A stretch of DNA of 64,000 nt, from assembly GCA_002633005.1 (NCBI GenBank), contig NMRA01000085.1, positions 231,708 to 295,707 of the forward strand, written 5' to 3'. Position numbers and translations under genes: made by a program. Below are positions 51,301 through 63,466 of this stretch, in pieces (positions within the stretch are counted from its first letter, which is position 1; every line of letters starts with the position of its first letter). This DNA comes from Phoronis australis. Taxonomy: Eukaryota > Animalia > Phoronida. The notes beneath the pieces are model-generated. The model worked only from the letters and a program-made list of their open reading frames with translations. It was not told where the DNA came from and did not search any database.

Positions 51301-52161
51301 AGTCCTTAGGCGGCGTTCCCGCTTGTCTTCCGCTTGTATAATGAAAGGCGGAGCCTTGGTTGCGAGCGAAAGCCAACAATTAGTGTTGAAAACTCTGACC
51401 ATTTTCATGGTGAATGATACAAGTTCGGTATTACAAATATTATGTTACTAAACTGTAAATGAAAAAGATTACTAAAGCACTACTGGGCAATATAATCGGC
51501 ACAACCTTTTTGCCGTGAAGGTTTGCCACACCGTTGACACGTACTGGACTTGCCTCAATCCACTCGAAGATTCTGCGCACACAAGATTGGACAGTTACCT
51601 GCAGTTTCGGAGGTCAGATTCAAACTGAAATAAGTTGACTTTGCGTGGGATTGTAGGATACCAGAAATTATCGACTTTAATTTGATCCCAATGAAAGGTA
51701 TGCGAAGTTTCGACGATGAATGTGTTTTTGTGCGTTTACCATTAATTGAATGTTGTGTGAAGATTTTGTGTAATGCTCCTCGACACGGGTTTAAATGCAC
51801 AATTTATGGATCCCAGTCTCGTCTTGGTCTTATATATAGCCTACGCGAAATACACGTACCTAAAAATAAACTAAACACCGATCTATAGAATGAACTTTGG
51901 TAATTTTGGGGGACCATTCTCCTACTGACACGATGAAAAAGTCTACGGTCTCTGGTATATGCCATGGCGTCTAGACTTATTTGCTGCTCCACTTTGTAAT
52001 TCAGTCATTACGGCTTGTATTCGGGGTGTTACGGTATTTTGCCAATACGACAGGACCAATGGTACTTTTAGATAGTTCTTATGACAAACGAGCAAATTGA
52101 ACGTTCAACATCAGTTCAACTACGGTAGTCTGACGGCGAGTTTTAACCAAGGAGTCTAGTA

Positions 52162-55100
52162 CAATAGGAGTTTCTACTCCGCCATCTTGCCCTTCACTGC
52201 AATGGTTATCTGTCGAAAAAATAGAGCCCCAAACGGCGAATAAGCAACACTAATTTAGCGGCGGAGTCCAAACCATGTAAACACTGATAAATTGGCATAC
52301 TTTAAAGGGTAATGCTACATGTATCCCAAAAACAACCTATCTTGTATCAATTTAAATCGTGTAGTTCCACTCGTGAACAGCGAGTTCATTTGTTAAACCT
52401 GACACAAGTACCTAACGGCAGACGGAGGTGTTGAAATTAACCAATGACGTAATCGGTTCGAACGCAGTCTGTTCAGCCGTTCAGAACACGCTTAATGGTG
52501 TCAACATATCGCTTGAATTCATCGTTTTACACCAATAAATCATCAAAATTCGATGTAAACCCCTTACAAATACATAGAGTACTTGAACAAACGTGTTGTT
52601 TTATTTGACTGTTACGGATTTATAGGTATTTGAACGCACCGTAGCCAACAGAGTTCTGTAGCATAACGTAGAATTATCGTGAGGACTTGACAGGGACCTC
52701 AGGGGTCTCACACTCCACTGATTTATCCCCATTAATTTGAAAACGCTTTGCCCAGTCACACATTGTGTGTCATAAAAGAGATAAGCATACCTGCAGCTGA
52801 CGCAGCAACGAACTACTCTCGTTTATCACATTGGTGTAGACTCACAGTTGAACTGTGATTTTCTGTTGACCCCAGACCGTCCAGAGTTGCACCATATACC
52901 AACTCCGGAGGTCTCTCGCGACGATTTAGCGTTATGAGGCCAATTTACCATGGTCGATCGCAGGAGTTTGGGTCTGTTTGGTGATAAATTCGAATCATTC
53001 TTCCGTAAAATACAGACGGGGAACATAGCTGTGTGTTGAATTTTTAGACTTGCGATTTTTTCACTTCTGAACACACAAAACGCTTGTTACTCCCAGCCAA
53101 TGGCTTGATGTGGGAACGCGATCAGGCTCGTCGCGGCCGCCGTGACTGGACATCACGAGCATAAAACCAGCTTAAGTTGGAAACTATACCTCCAGTCACG
53201 AAAAGACTATAACAGTGAGCCAAAGAAATAATGTGCATGTAATTATTTAGGTGAATTAGCCCCGAAACTGAAAATCTACTTACTTGTCGGGGGTCTCGAA
53301 GTCAGGTTCCCCTTCCACAAAACCGTCCGGGCAAAGGTCGTACAGTAACACTGATTTGAATAATGTATTTGCATATCTAAACAAAGATTCCCCTTTAACA
53401 TGTGACCATAGCATGTAAAATCGAGTTATTGTTTCACATCAGCTTTCTCTCAGCAACCACTGAATTAGCATGCGCTCACACGGTCTCGGTGCCCAGTCAA
53501 TTACCTTTATTGCATCTAAAGCCGGTAACGCAGTGGTTTATTCACTGCTGGCTTCTCAAAACATTTGCACTCACGAATACTCCAAAGGCTTACAAATTGT
53601 ATTTAATGAGACAGACTTTATTTCAGTTTTATATAAACATTGGTTAGGTTAAGAATAATTCATTTTGAAGCAGAACGCAGAATAATAAACGTCTACATGG
53701 CAACTCGCCCGGCGCCAATCCCGACTTAGTCGAGAGCTCATCCGACGAAGACTTCACGAGTCGGATCGTTAGGTTTCACAGGCTATCAGTTCGAACCGGA
53801 TTACACTGATCAAGAAATACTAGAGAGGCGCCGTGAACACGCACAGGCAACGGGACGTATGGATAGTTCTTTGGTAAGCCGGAATTCGTAAGAGAAATCA
53901 CTGTCCGCCAGTGATTTCTCTGACGAAGAGCCGACCACAGACACGGAGTTGTTTCACGGCCTCATACTTGCTATTAACAGCGTACTTTTCATTCTTCACT
54001 ACCGCGAGTCACTTCCTAAGCTTTATATGGGCTCTCGAGGAAGTCGAAAAAACCCTATACCCGCTTTCTTCGCAGCTTCATAGTTCGAACAAGCGGGAAC
54101 GATGCACTGCAATATAGCGACCTTCACTCTGCAGATGAACCACTGACGTCGCTTCTTCGTTTCTCACCTTCCTCACAGGTTAACTAGACACCTCTCGGCA
54201 AGGTGAGGTGGGCCGTATAAGAGGCGATGTGGATATAGACCGATTAAGAGGGTAAAAAAGATTTAATTAAATCGGGTGGCATTCTCTTTTAATCATATTC
54301 CACGTTCGATAAATTACTTTGTGGTTAAAACTGGGTAAAGTACGTAAAGTAACACCCAGTTATAATCGAATGATAATGAAAACGTGTGCTTTAGTCAATA
54401 TTAATGTGTATTTGCTTTCATTCTCTTGGCGCTCCCTTCAAAAGCCATCATGGTTTTGTTTCATGTTTTAGTTTTTAATAAGGCAAACTACCGTTCCGAA
54501 TTACATTTGATACCTCCACGGACTACATACTTTTACTGATGAGTTCAGGAGGCAATTGTCCCCCGGTGCCAGGCAAGGGGGTACACGGGAGAAGTGCAAA
54601 ACCAGTAAAAACCAGGAGGGCGCCAAATGGGTGTTGACCGCCTCCCAAGGGGTACATGGGAGGAGGGCTAAACAGGTAAAAACCAAGGTGTGTGCCACAT
54701 GGGTGTTGATCCCATCCCATTGTCACAAATTTTGGCTCCTACATCCCTCTGGCTCATTTCAACATGTGCTGAGGTGGTGATAAAAATCGGGCCTTGTTTT
54801 GTGCATGCCCTCCCAAGGACATTTTCTAATGACCGGTGTCCATGTGGTTATGTCAGTATCATCCTAGGTATTTTCCAATTTCCATTACATGGTGCTCCCA
54901 GCTCACTACTGGTTTCATCTCCATCAAATAATTAAGCATGTGTTCCCTATTCAATGCACCAGGCTTCTAGCAATGCAGACAATTGTTTTGTGTAGTGGGT
55001 GTTACACACGTAAGAAGAAGAAAACAAGGCAATTCATCACTACCACAGCATTGTAATCCATTTTGATGCACACTCGAATAGAGTTTTAGAACATTCCATT

Positions 55101-55612
55101 TTTTCTCAATAACATGCCAGTACAAGGTAAACTCCCTACTCTCTCACACCAATAGTTACAAGTCAGATGCTAATATGTAGAATATCTCATAACTTACAAA
55201 ACGTAATTAAGATTGAATATGTCCTCACTCATAACTAGTCAAAATGTCATGACAAAATATTTCAAGAGGTACTGAACAGCAATCAAAATATTCACTACCC
55301 ACACAACTTACTAACCTACACTGGAGATGACGATGGCACCTGCATAGCGATCGACTTGTCTTCCAACCGTGAACACAACACACAAAATGAAAGAAATTAT
55401 TGAATAACAAACAATCATTACCTTTCTGCACCCTTGGGTAACGTAAAAATACATTTCTGGTGTTTTCGTGGATGAGTCTGTGCAATTTATAGCGCTGCAA
55501 AAGGCGCCCTTTCCCATTGTTCTCGCGCTTCGTACTAGACCGTTGCTTATTCGCTACTGGGCGGCGCTAGTAGTAACGATAACAACGAACTCACAAGTGA
55601 ACATTCCTATTG
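52162..55612 (-). mobile_element. THAP-encoding TIR DNA transposon relic (outer element)
   Basis: Ends CAATAGGA / TCCTATTG, both flanked by TA; subterminal inverted GCGAATAAGCAAC / GTTGCTTATTCGC; THAP-like start MGKGAFCSAINC at 55517 on minus. Confidence 0.5.
52306..54288 (-). mobile_element. Kolobok-like non-autonomous element with THAP relic, nested in the 52162-55612 element
   Basis: TTAA on both sides, imperfect TIRs AGGGTAATGCTAC / GTGGCATTCTCT. Region 53970-54288 is homologous (inverted) to 62889-63200. Confidence 0.6.
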
Positions 55613-55636
55613 TATTACATTCCTTGTTTTGACTTA

Positions 55637-56047
55637 CACTCCTTCATAGTGCTACGAAAGATACCACTGTGGAATGTTGTATAATATGGCTTCTCACTGG
55701 TTAAAGTAATGAAACTGACGCCATGACATTCAGTCATTTCCATTGATTGAAATCTGGCAAACCCCTTTCAGTTTACTGTTACATAGTATGGCGACCACCT
55801 TTGACTTGAATAGTTGCCATTTATTAAAATGGGCAACGATCGAAGTAAACAAAATCAAAGGAGCCCCGGTCCAGTGGCTTAAGCCCAAACAAGTACAGTG
55901 CATAAAGGCGTGTACAAGTGGTGGCGATGTGATCGGAACACTTCCAACGAAGGCATGCGCATTGATGCCCACACACGGATTTTTGTGTGCCGTTCATCAT
56001 GTTTCCACAGGGTCACTTTTCGATAGAGGTGGCGCTGTGTCAGAGGG
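55637..56047 (+). mobile_element. TA-flanked TIR element carrying a RecQ-like helicase N-terminal fragment
   Basis: Ends CACTCCTTCATAGTGCTAC / GTGGCGCTGTGTCAGAGGG, the same as the empty hairpin at 17591-17639. Internal peptide LKPKQVQCIKACTSGGDVIGTLPT resembles the RecQ Q-motif/pre-Walker A region. Confidence 0.45.
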
Positions 56048-57999
56048 TAGTTTTAAGTCACCCGTCAAACGGGTCAACTATTTAGCCATTCTGAGGTGGC
56101 CGTTTTATTTTCAACTTGAGTTCCTGTCTGTGCTGGATAAAAAGGTCATGATCATATATTGGATGTTGTGTGAAGGTTTTTCAGTTTTTATGTTGTGCTC
56201 CTCGGCGCAAGTATCGAAATTCACAATCATTTATGTTTCCCATTCTCGTTTTTATGATTCGTCTTATCATAGATTATAGACAACAGATTCGCAACTCCGA
56301 CATTTTCTTGCGTACTGTCCTGGAGCATCCGCCACTCTCCTAAATTATCTGTTTCAGTTTCCGGTTCGTGTATTGTAACGGCACAACAGCCGACCAAGAT
56401 TAGCAGACGACGTACTTGCAGGAAATAAAACTTGCCAATTTGGTCAGGTGTCGCCAGTGCATAATGACGTCAGGGCTTCTGTAAAATCACAGATGTCGTC
56501 CGTTGTAGTATACGGAGGTGGCGGTCCATGTAGTCTATGGTCTTACAGATAGCCTACGAGAGCTACATTCATCTAAAAACAAAAACACTGATCTCCAGAA
56601 TGGAAATTTTATAATTTGGGAGGACCCTTTCCCTAGTGACAAGACCAAAAAGACATCGCTGGTACATGCCGTTTTAATTACATTTAGACTGATCTGCTGC
56701 TCCACACTGTAATCCAGCCTTTGCGGCTTGCATACATGGGTATAGGGAATATCGTCAATATGGCCAATGATACTTTTGGATTGTTCTAGTAAAAAGCACG
56801 CGCATCATTCAGCTTTAGTCTGACGGCGAGTGTTAACTCGCTAAAACTGGTCGACAATTTACCTAATCTGCCTTGGCCGTTTTTTTTCAACTTCAGTTTC
56901 TGTCTGCGCTGGAAATTTGGAATATTGCAGTCTTTATGTTTAGTCATCTCTACACGACGTGTTTTCACGAGTCATGGGGAACAACTTGACCGGCAACATG
57001 GTAAGGGTATCCTAGGCGATGTGCTGAACGCAGATCGCATTTGCAAAGTTAATATCTAGCCGAAATTGAAATATAACAAATGTCTTTATGAAAATATGTA
57101 AATGGTCATATCGTTGTTAACTGGCTGAAGGCTGTGCTGACTGTTACGCCTTTTCGTTAATTTACTGAACAGACAAACACTGGCTTAAGCGATGAAAACG
57201 TGGGTTGGCTATCTCGTCACGTTGAACATGCTGGTCAAAAAAACGACTCGAACAATATCTGATTAAGTTGTTTTTTTTAACGCCAACCAGTGCATACGAA
57301 AGTTTTCGGTGACTGGCGACGATGAACCAGTGATGCTGTGACTGGAAACTCGAAAGAAAAATCCGAACCCAAAATTTTTTAACTATCTGACCGCCAATTT
57401 TCAGTCCGTTTAGGATGGTTACAGCCGTACAAAAGTCATGTTTGAATTTTGCAACAAACTGCATCAAAAACGTCGATGCATTGCTTTGAGACCTTGTACA
57501 GGCTTGCTGTCACAAGGGATGATATATTTTCACCGCCCCTGCTCGGCCAGCCTACCTCTCTGATCGGAAGTGCATGTAATGTTTTTGTTAACTATGCAAT
57601 ACTGTAATGGCGGCTTCCATGTGAACGCCGCCATCTTTCATAGTGACAAGAAGATTTTTGGTCTACAACTATTTGGTCACGTGACCAGTTGTTATCTCAC
57701 GTATAGCCCTAAGACGGTGCTCCCGCTGGTCGCCCGCTATTAAGTTCGTCAGAGGAAAGTCATTAGGATCGGACAAGGCAGCCTAACCGAGAGTTCAGAT
57801 GTCGGTATGTAATGTTATATAACATAATTAATGGACGGCCGAGGCTGTTGAGGAACCAACATTCTTGCCGCACGAATGTCACCATTTTCAGACGCTCATC
57901 TCTCTACATAAAAATGGTGAAGATCTTTAGACGAAACGATACGTGGTGCAGCCTTGTTGGTAAACTTCGAAGCACATTGGCCTGAGCCTGCTGAGGGAG

Positions 58000-58825
58000 A
58001 GCTGAATCTGCTGATAGAGTCAGCTGGTCGTGCGACCCCGCTTCCTCTAGCCTTCACCGGCAACTTGGCCTGGGCCTGCTGAGGATCATCACACAGACTC
58101 TGCAACCGCGTAGCCGGCTTTGGGGTTACCGATTTGACCTAAGGCCAATGAGGGAGGGTCAGCCAGCTACAGGTATGTCCCCGTTGTCGACAGGTTTTGG
58201 CCAGGTTCCCAGTGAAGCCAAGACGACAACGCGGCTGCACGGCCGGCTAACTGTCTCTCCGCAGCCTCAGTTCAAGCTGCTGGAAAACTCATGCGACCAG
58301 TGAGGTCGCACGGCCAGCGGACTGTCCCTGGACAGGCTCAATCCAAGGTGCCGGCCAAGTGAAGCGAGAAGCGCCGCCGCATGGCCGGATAATTGCGTAT
58401 CCCTCAACAGACTCCGACGATTAGTGCGATTTGTAGCCTAAGCAAGCCTGGAGCACCTCAGAAGGCACCAAGCCACCTGCCTATTTTTTTCTTTAAAAGG
58501 CTCAGGTCAAGTTTCCGGTGAAGTCAAGCCAGCAGCGCGACTGCGACGCCTGCAGTTAAACCAAGTTGCCGGCAAAGCCAAGCCGGCAGTGTGACCGGAC
58601 GACCTGCTGTATGTCCCTCAGCAGACTCAGCAGGACCACGATGCCGGCCAATCAACGACAGCAGCGTAACTACAGGCTCGGGGCCCAGTTGTCGCCGAAG
58701 CCAAACAGGCTGCGCCCCCTGATGACTGTCAGTAAGCAGGCTAAGACCAAGTTGCCGGCGAAGCACAGCCGGCAGCGCTGCCGCATAGCCGGCGGACAGT
58801 CCCTCGGCAAAGCAGAGTCACCGCA
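58000..58825 (+). repeat. GC-rich degenerate tandem repeat, paralog of 34130-34455
   Basis: Same repeated core. Confidence 0.65.
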
Positions 58826-60240
58826 CGATTTCCAAAGTTTTAGAAACAGACATAGATAAAAGTTTTAAAAACATATTTTATTATAGGTATGTATGTACAC
58901 ACAGACACACGCACAGGAACATATATGTGGATAAGCTTATACAAGAAAAGTTTCCTAAAGAATGCAATGGAAGATAGTTCTCTGGAATGATTGTTGTTTT
59001 TGGATATAAATCTATAATTTTGTCTCCATTATATATTTATATATGTAGCCATTTCAGTAAGTTTTAATGTGATTAAATTTGGCAATAGTTTGCCCATTGC
59101 TACACACATATGTAAATGAAGCATTAAGCTACTGTTGATATGATATTGACCTCTTTAAAATTTATTCTAACACAAAGCGACTATTATAACAGACGCATCT
59201 GAAGGCACTAAAAGGAACAGAGCTGGCCTGCGGCGCACCCTCGTGAGCTACTCATTCAGCACAATTTGTTCACGAGTAGAGACTGCAATATTTTCAATCT
59301 ATGGCTGACCTGTTCAATATATGATAACCACCGACTGAGAATACTGTAGGCCTTACTCATAACGCTGAACCACATTTATGATCGACATATGTCCCGAATA
59401 ATGGATCGAGCGTCGCAAGCTCGTTACCAGAGATGAAAAGGAGACCGAGGTAGGCGATATAAGGTCATTTATTATGACGAATAGAATTACAAGTAAATAA
59501 TAGTGAATACAGAAAACAAAAATACAAAATGATAATCTGTGGAAAGATGGGCAATAAAGAAGCGCCACAAGAGATGTTGTAAGACATCTCATGCCCATAC
59601 AGCTCACAGCTGCGCGCCGCACTGCGTGGCGTTCCCTTGGTGTCTTCTATTGGGTCTGCATTTCATGTTTTACTTGCATCGAGCGCGTTGTGACCTTTCG
59701 TCGCCTGCTCCTGTTACTACCTCTATGCCGTTTCTTTCTGCCGTTTCTGAAGATGAGGCATGACCGGTCTCGAAATATAGCAGCCATTCTATATGTTGTT
59801 ATGTCTCTTAAAGATCTGCCGTATAATGGTCGTTCACTAGACGATCGACAAATGCACCGAGAAACTATATGCACGAAAGCTATCAACCGACAACACTGAT
59901 GTTTTAATATATTCCGCTTACAAGATAGACTGTCGTCAAACAATTCAGGTCATAGATATAAAGATAATAAACAAAGCACCCTTATAAAAATACAGTCAAC
60001 TGCGCGTGCACAGGTCGAGCTGGTTATTGACTTGACATATGATTTCCGAGGAGAGATTGTTAACCTGATTCATTATATTGAAGAAATTTCCTTCTATAGT
60101 AATGTAGTGCAGGGATTTTTGATTAATGTTCAAAGTGTTTTTTGCCATGATTGAATGGATTTACACCTCGCTTCTTCACTTCTCCTGAATTCTCCGCGTT
60201 GATAAATTACGAAATTGTTAGGGCTACATTTTTTTTTTAA

Positions 60241-61431
60241 TTAAGTCATTAAAAGTTTGTCACTATATGTGCTCTGACGTCGGCTGAAGCTCTCCGCTCT
60301 GTTGCACTGCGTGTGCGCCTTAGTAGAATCGTCGACAACGTCTGTTCTCGACTTACGCAGGCACGACAGGAATAATCTACAAAAGGTTTCTCGAAACACC
60401 GAACTCATGGAGCAATAAAGGACAAAATTCAAGGGATAGCTGAGGAGCAGCAGGACGTCGATTGCAGTGACAAGTTTCGCAAATGAAACTGGGTCAAGTG
60501 TGGTGATCCCAAGTTGACTTGAAAGAACAATCACCGAAAAACCGATCCCGTTAGGAATTTCTGCGCAGAGTGTAATGACACTGACAGCTACCAGCATGGT
60601 TGTTGTGCGGGTGTTGACAGAGTCTACCGCTTGGTCTTTCGAGTTACTCTTCTGAACCGAATTTTTCAGTTTTGCGCGCTTCTTGTAGCTGATATGTAGG
60701 TTATGGATGAGGGCGGTGTTAAGGGCCAGCAGGAGAATGCTTGGAAGAAAGCTCTGAAATATAGCTCGAATAAGAAAATATGTTGAGAAATAGCTTGTTG
60801 GATCAGTTATCCAAGACTCGTACACTTCCACGCATCCTCTCACGAGAACAGAGTCATTTGTTTTCGACGGAATTACGACAGGATCGAAATGCGAATCCAC
60901 AAATCTTATGAAGTTAACAGAGATTCCCAGGAAGCAGGTTAAACCTATCATGATACCAGTTTTCTTGTTTGTTACTTTGTAGCTCATGAAGGGTTTTTCG
61001 ACAACGTAGAGACGCTGAGCAGCCATGACAACCGTAATCCAGACAGAAATAGTATGCGCTGTGGCGGGAGCGTACATAAGCGTAAGCTTAAACGCTGTGC
61101 ACCATTTGTAGGGGACCCAGTCGATGTTGTTGAAGGTGAATATATACATCAGAACTGGCAGGGTCGCTAAGGCTGTAATTAAGTCTGCCACTGAAATGGC
61201 AGTGAGTAACATGTTGACCGGGTTTATCTTCTTCATCAATACCACGCAGACGGAAACATTAGTACATAGAGTAAGAGCGCCTACAGAAGGGAACAGGTAA
61301 CCGTAGAAGGGCTGTTGAAATTCCTGAAACTCTCCGAAGAACAATGCATTTGCGATACCATTTGAACTGCTGTTTAGAGCCTTCTTGTAGTTGATACTCA
61401 GAGAATCGATTGTATCCTCTTGCTCCGACAT
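60241..61431 (-). CDS. Rhodopsin-family peptide GPCR, sex peptide/MIP receptor-like, copy 2 (396 aa)
   Basis: Close paralog of 35330-36496 with an intact 7TM, retained TM3 Cys (WC) and ECL2 Cys, and the same acceptor site 8 nt before the ATG. Confidence 0.92.
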   Translation of the reverse strand: MSEQEDTIDSLSINYKKALNSSSNGIANALFFGEFQEFQQPFYGYLFPSVGALTLCTNVSVCVVLMKKINPVNMLLTAISVADLITALATLPVLMYIFTFNNIDWVPYKWCTAFKLTLMYAPATAHTISVWITVVMAAQRLYVVEKPFMSYKVTNKKTGIMIGLTCFLGISVNFIRFVDSHFDPVVIPSKTNDSVLVRGCVEVYESWITDPTSYFSTYFLIRAIFQSFLPSILLLALNTALIHNLHISYKKRAKLKNSVQKSNSKDQAVDSVNTRTTTMLVAVSVITLCAEIPNGIGFSVIVLSSQLGITTLDPVSFAKLVTAIDVLLLLSYPLNFVLYCSMSSVFRETFCRLFLSCLRKSRTDVVDDSTKAHTQCNRAESFSRRQSTYSDKLLMT

Positions 61432-61927
61432 TTCAAATTCTGAAACTGTAAGAGTATTTCATGTCACTCGTTTTAACGTGAACAATAGACTTAATATCGA
61501 AAATAGTTAAGAACAGAAATATAATTCGCACTTGATTAATTGTACATAGTTTAAACAACCAATGCGACAACGACTACTATGGCTTAGACCAAATCTTGTG
61601 TTGTGTCATTACATTCCACCACTGCATAGAATGTGTCCGTTATCGTCCTCCTGAAATCGCCACCGGACACATGAGCGCTACCTGTCAGAGTTTCTAACTG
61701 ATCACTGTTAAACCCCAACGATAACGCTCCATTTTGTAAAAAAAATCTGTGGTGGTTTTCCACTAGCTCTGTTACAAAGCTTGTTTAGATTCGAGAAAAA
61801 CATAATTATTAATTCATTCACGTACTTTTCTTAGCGACTCATTGTACCAAATCCCAGATGTTTAAAAGGATACTAAAATCTGTTTTGGTGTTTCTATCAT
61901 GGCCTTGTCCTGCCAGCTGATACTGAA

Positions 61928-62146
61928 TCACTGGCGTTCCAAATGAGTGATAAAAGGAGAATTCAAGTAAATATTCATACTGTCTCTGAGTAAAAAATTA
62001 GAGATCATGGTTCTTAGTGGGTATTCTTCTCTGCTGTTACTTTGTAACTTGCCTAAAGCATAGGTCACGCTTGCCAGTTTAGCAGACTTTACAAGTTTAA
62101 CTATTTTGCTCCAAACGTTTGAGGATTGTCGAGAGTCATAGAGCAT
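61928..62146 (-). other. 72-codon ORF upstream of GPCR copy 2 (coding status uncertain)
   Basis: Paralog of 36993-37211. Confidence 0.3.
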
Positions 62147-62888
62147 TGTTTTGTTTCAGAGAACTGGTGGGGAAATTTGTTTTCAATATGTCTGAATAGG
62201 CCAAAACCGGGTTTGGTATCCTTTTAAGCGGGCATAAATCTGTGTTCTTCAAAGAAACTAGTATATGAAATAAACCACTTTTGGAGCTGTAAAATTGATC
62301 TCAGTTTGTTTCTAACTCAGATATGAAGTGACTTCTGGTCTTGAAAGTACTGATAGTCCGGTAAACATTGAATCCCTGCTCGGCACATAAAACGATCCAC
62401 GGTCACAAGGCAACATTTAGAGCACGTTCTCAAGCAATAAACGCACTGTACGATTCATTCTGATAATAAGAGCACAAGAATGACAAAAACGAGAACAGTT
62501 AGTTTTTGGCCTGACAGACGAGATGTGCGCGAAGGGGTAACTTTTCCCATCCGTTAGTTCGGTTCCTCACCACCCGTATCATTTTTAAGCGAAAATTTAA
62601 GTCACAACACGTCGTACTACACTCGCTGCCATAAACCGATTGACCTGACGATAGAACGTCGGCCTTTTAGCACTTTACACGTTTGCCTTTTGAAGTAAGC
62701 AATCTGGCTACAAACACCTGTAGTTTTGTCGTAACTCGTACCTCAAGCAAAGCGCAGCAAAATTGACCCTAGCTACCGTCACGTTGCTAGCGTGATTCTG
62801 GTAGCGAAGGTGGTAGCGAAAACGCTTGCGTTTTTGCCAGCAATTTATAAGGTATGCATATCGTCACTGTATGAAGAAATGGTTTTAA

Positions 62889-63354
62889 AGGAGAACGCCA
62901 CCCGATTTAATTAGTCTTTTTACCGTGTTAATCGGAATCGGTCTATATCCACATCACCTCGTATGCGGTCGATCTTACCTCGCCGAGACGTGTCAAGTTA
63001 ACCTGTGGGGAAGGTGAGAATCGACGCAGCGACGTCAGTGGTTCTTCGGCAGAGTGCCGCTGTGGTGTGGTGTATCGATTCCGCTTGTGCGAACCATGAA
63101 GCTGCGAGGAAAGCGGATATATCGTTTTTTCGATTTCCTCGAGAGCCTACAATGCTTCGGAAGTGGCTCGCCGTAGTGAAGAATGAAATGTACGCCGTTA
63201 ATACCACGCCAGTAAAATGAGAGTAAATGTGTGAACTCAAAATACTTGTGTTTATTTATTGCAAATGGCGAAACCGGAAAGACTAACAAAAATAGTCAAA
63301 CGAATAACTCGCGTAAAGTAATAAACGGGAAACCAATAGTGGCGTAATGTCTCT
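62889..63354 (+). mobile_element. Kolobok-like non-autonomous element with THAP-domain fragment
   Basis: TTAA TSDs (62885-62888, 63355-63358), AG...CT termini, imperfect TIRs, and peptide WCIDSACAN...ISFFRFPREPTMLRKWLAVVK (THAP signature). Confidence 0.75.
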
Positions 63355-63466
63355 TTAAGTCCTTTGAAGTAACACTTATCAGTCCTAAGAAAAAATTAGC
63401 ACAATACATGTAATACACTTGAACTAGGATCGGTACCATCAAAGTCCAGGGAGGATACCATAACAC

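Noticed and set aside
55743-56279. 178-aa ORF as an intact helicase gene
   Set aside because: Non-ATG start, only about 25 aa resemble RecQ, the Walker A GKS is missing and the ORF runs through a TIR into unrelated sequence.
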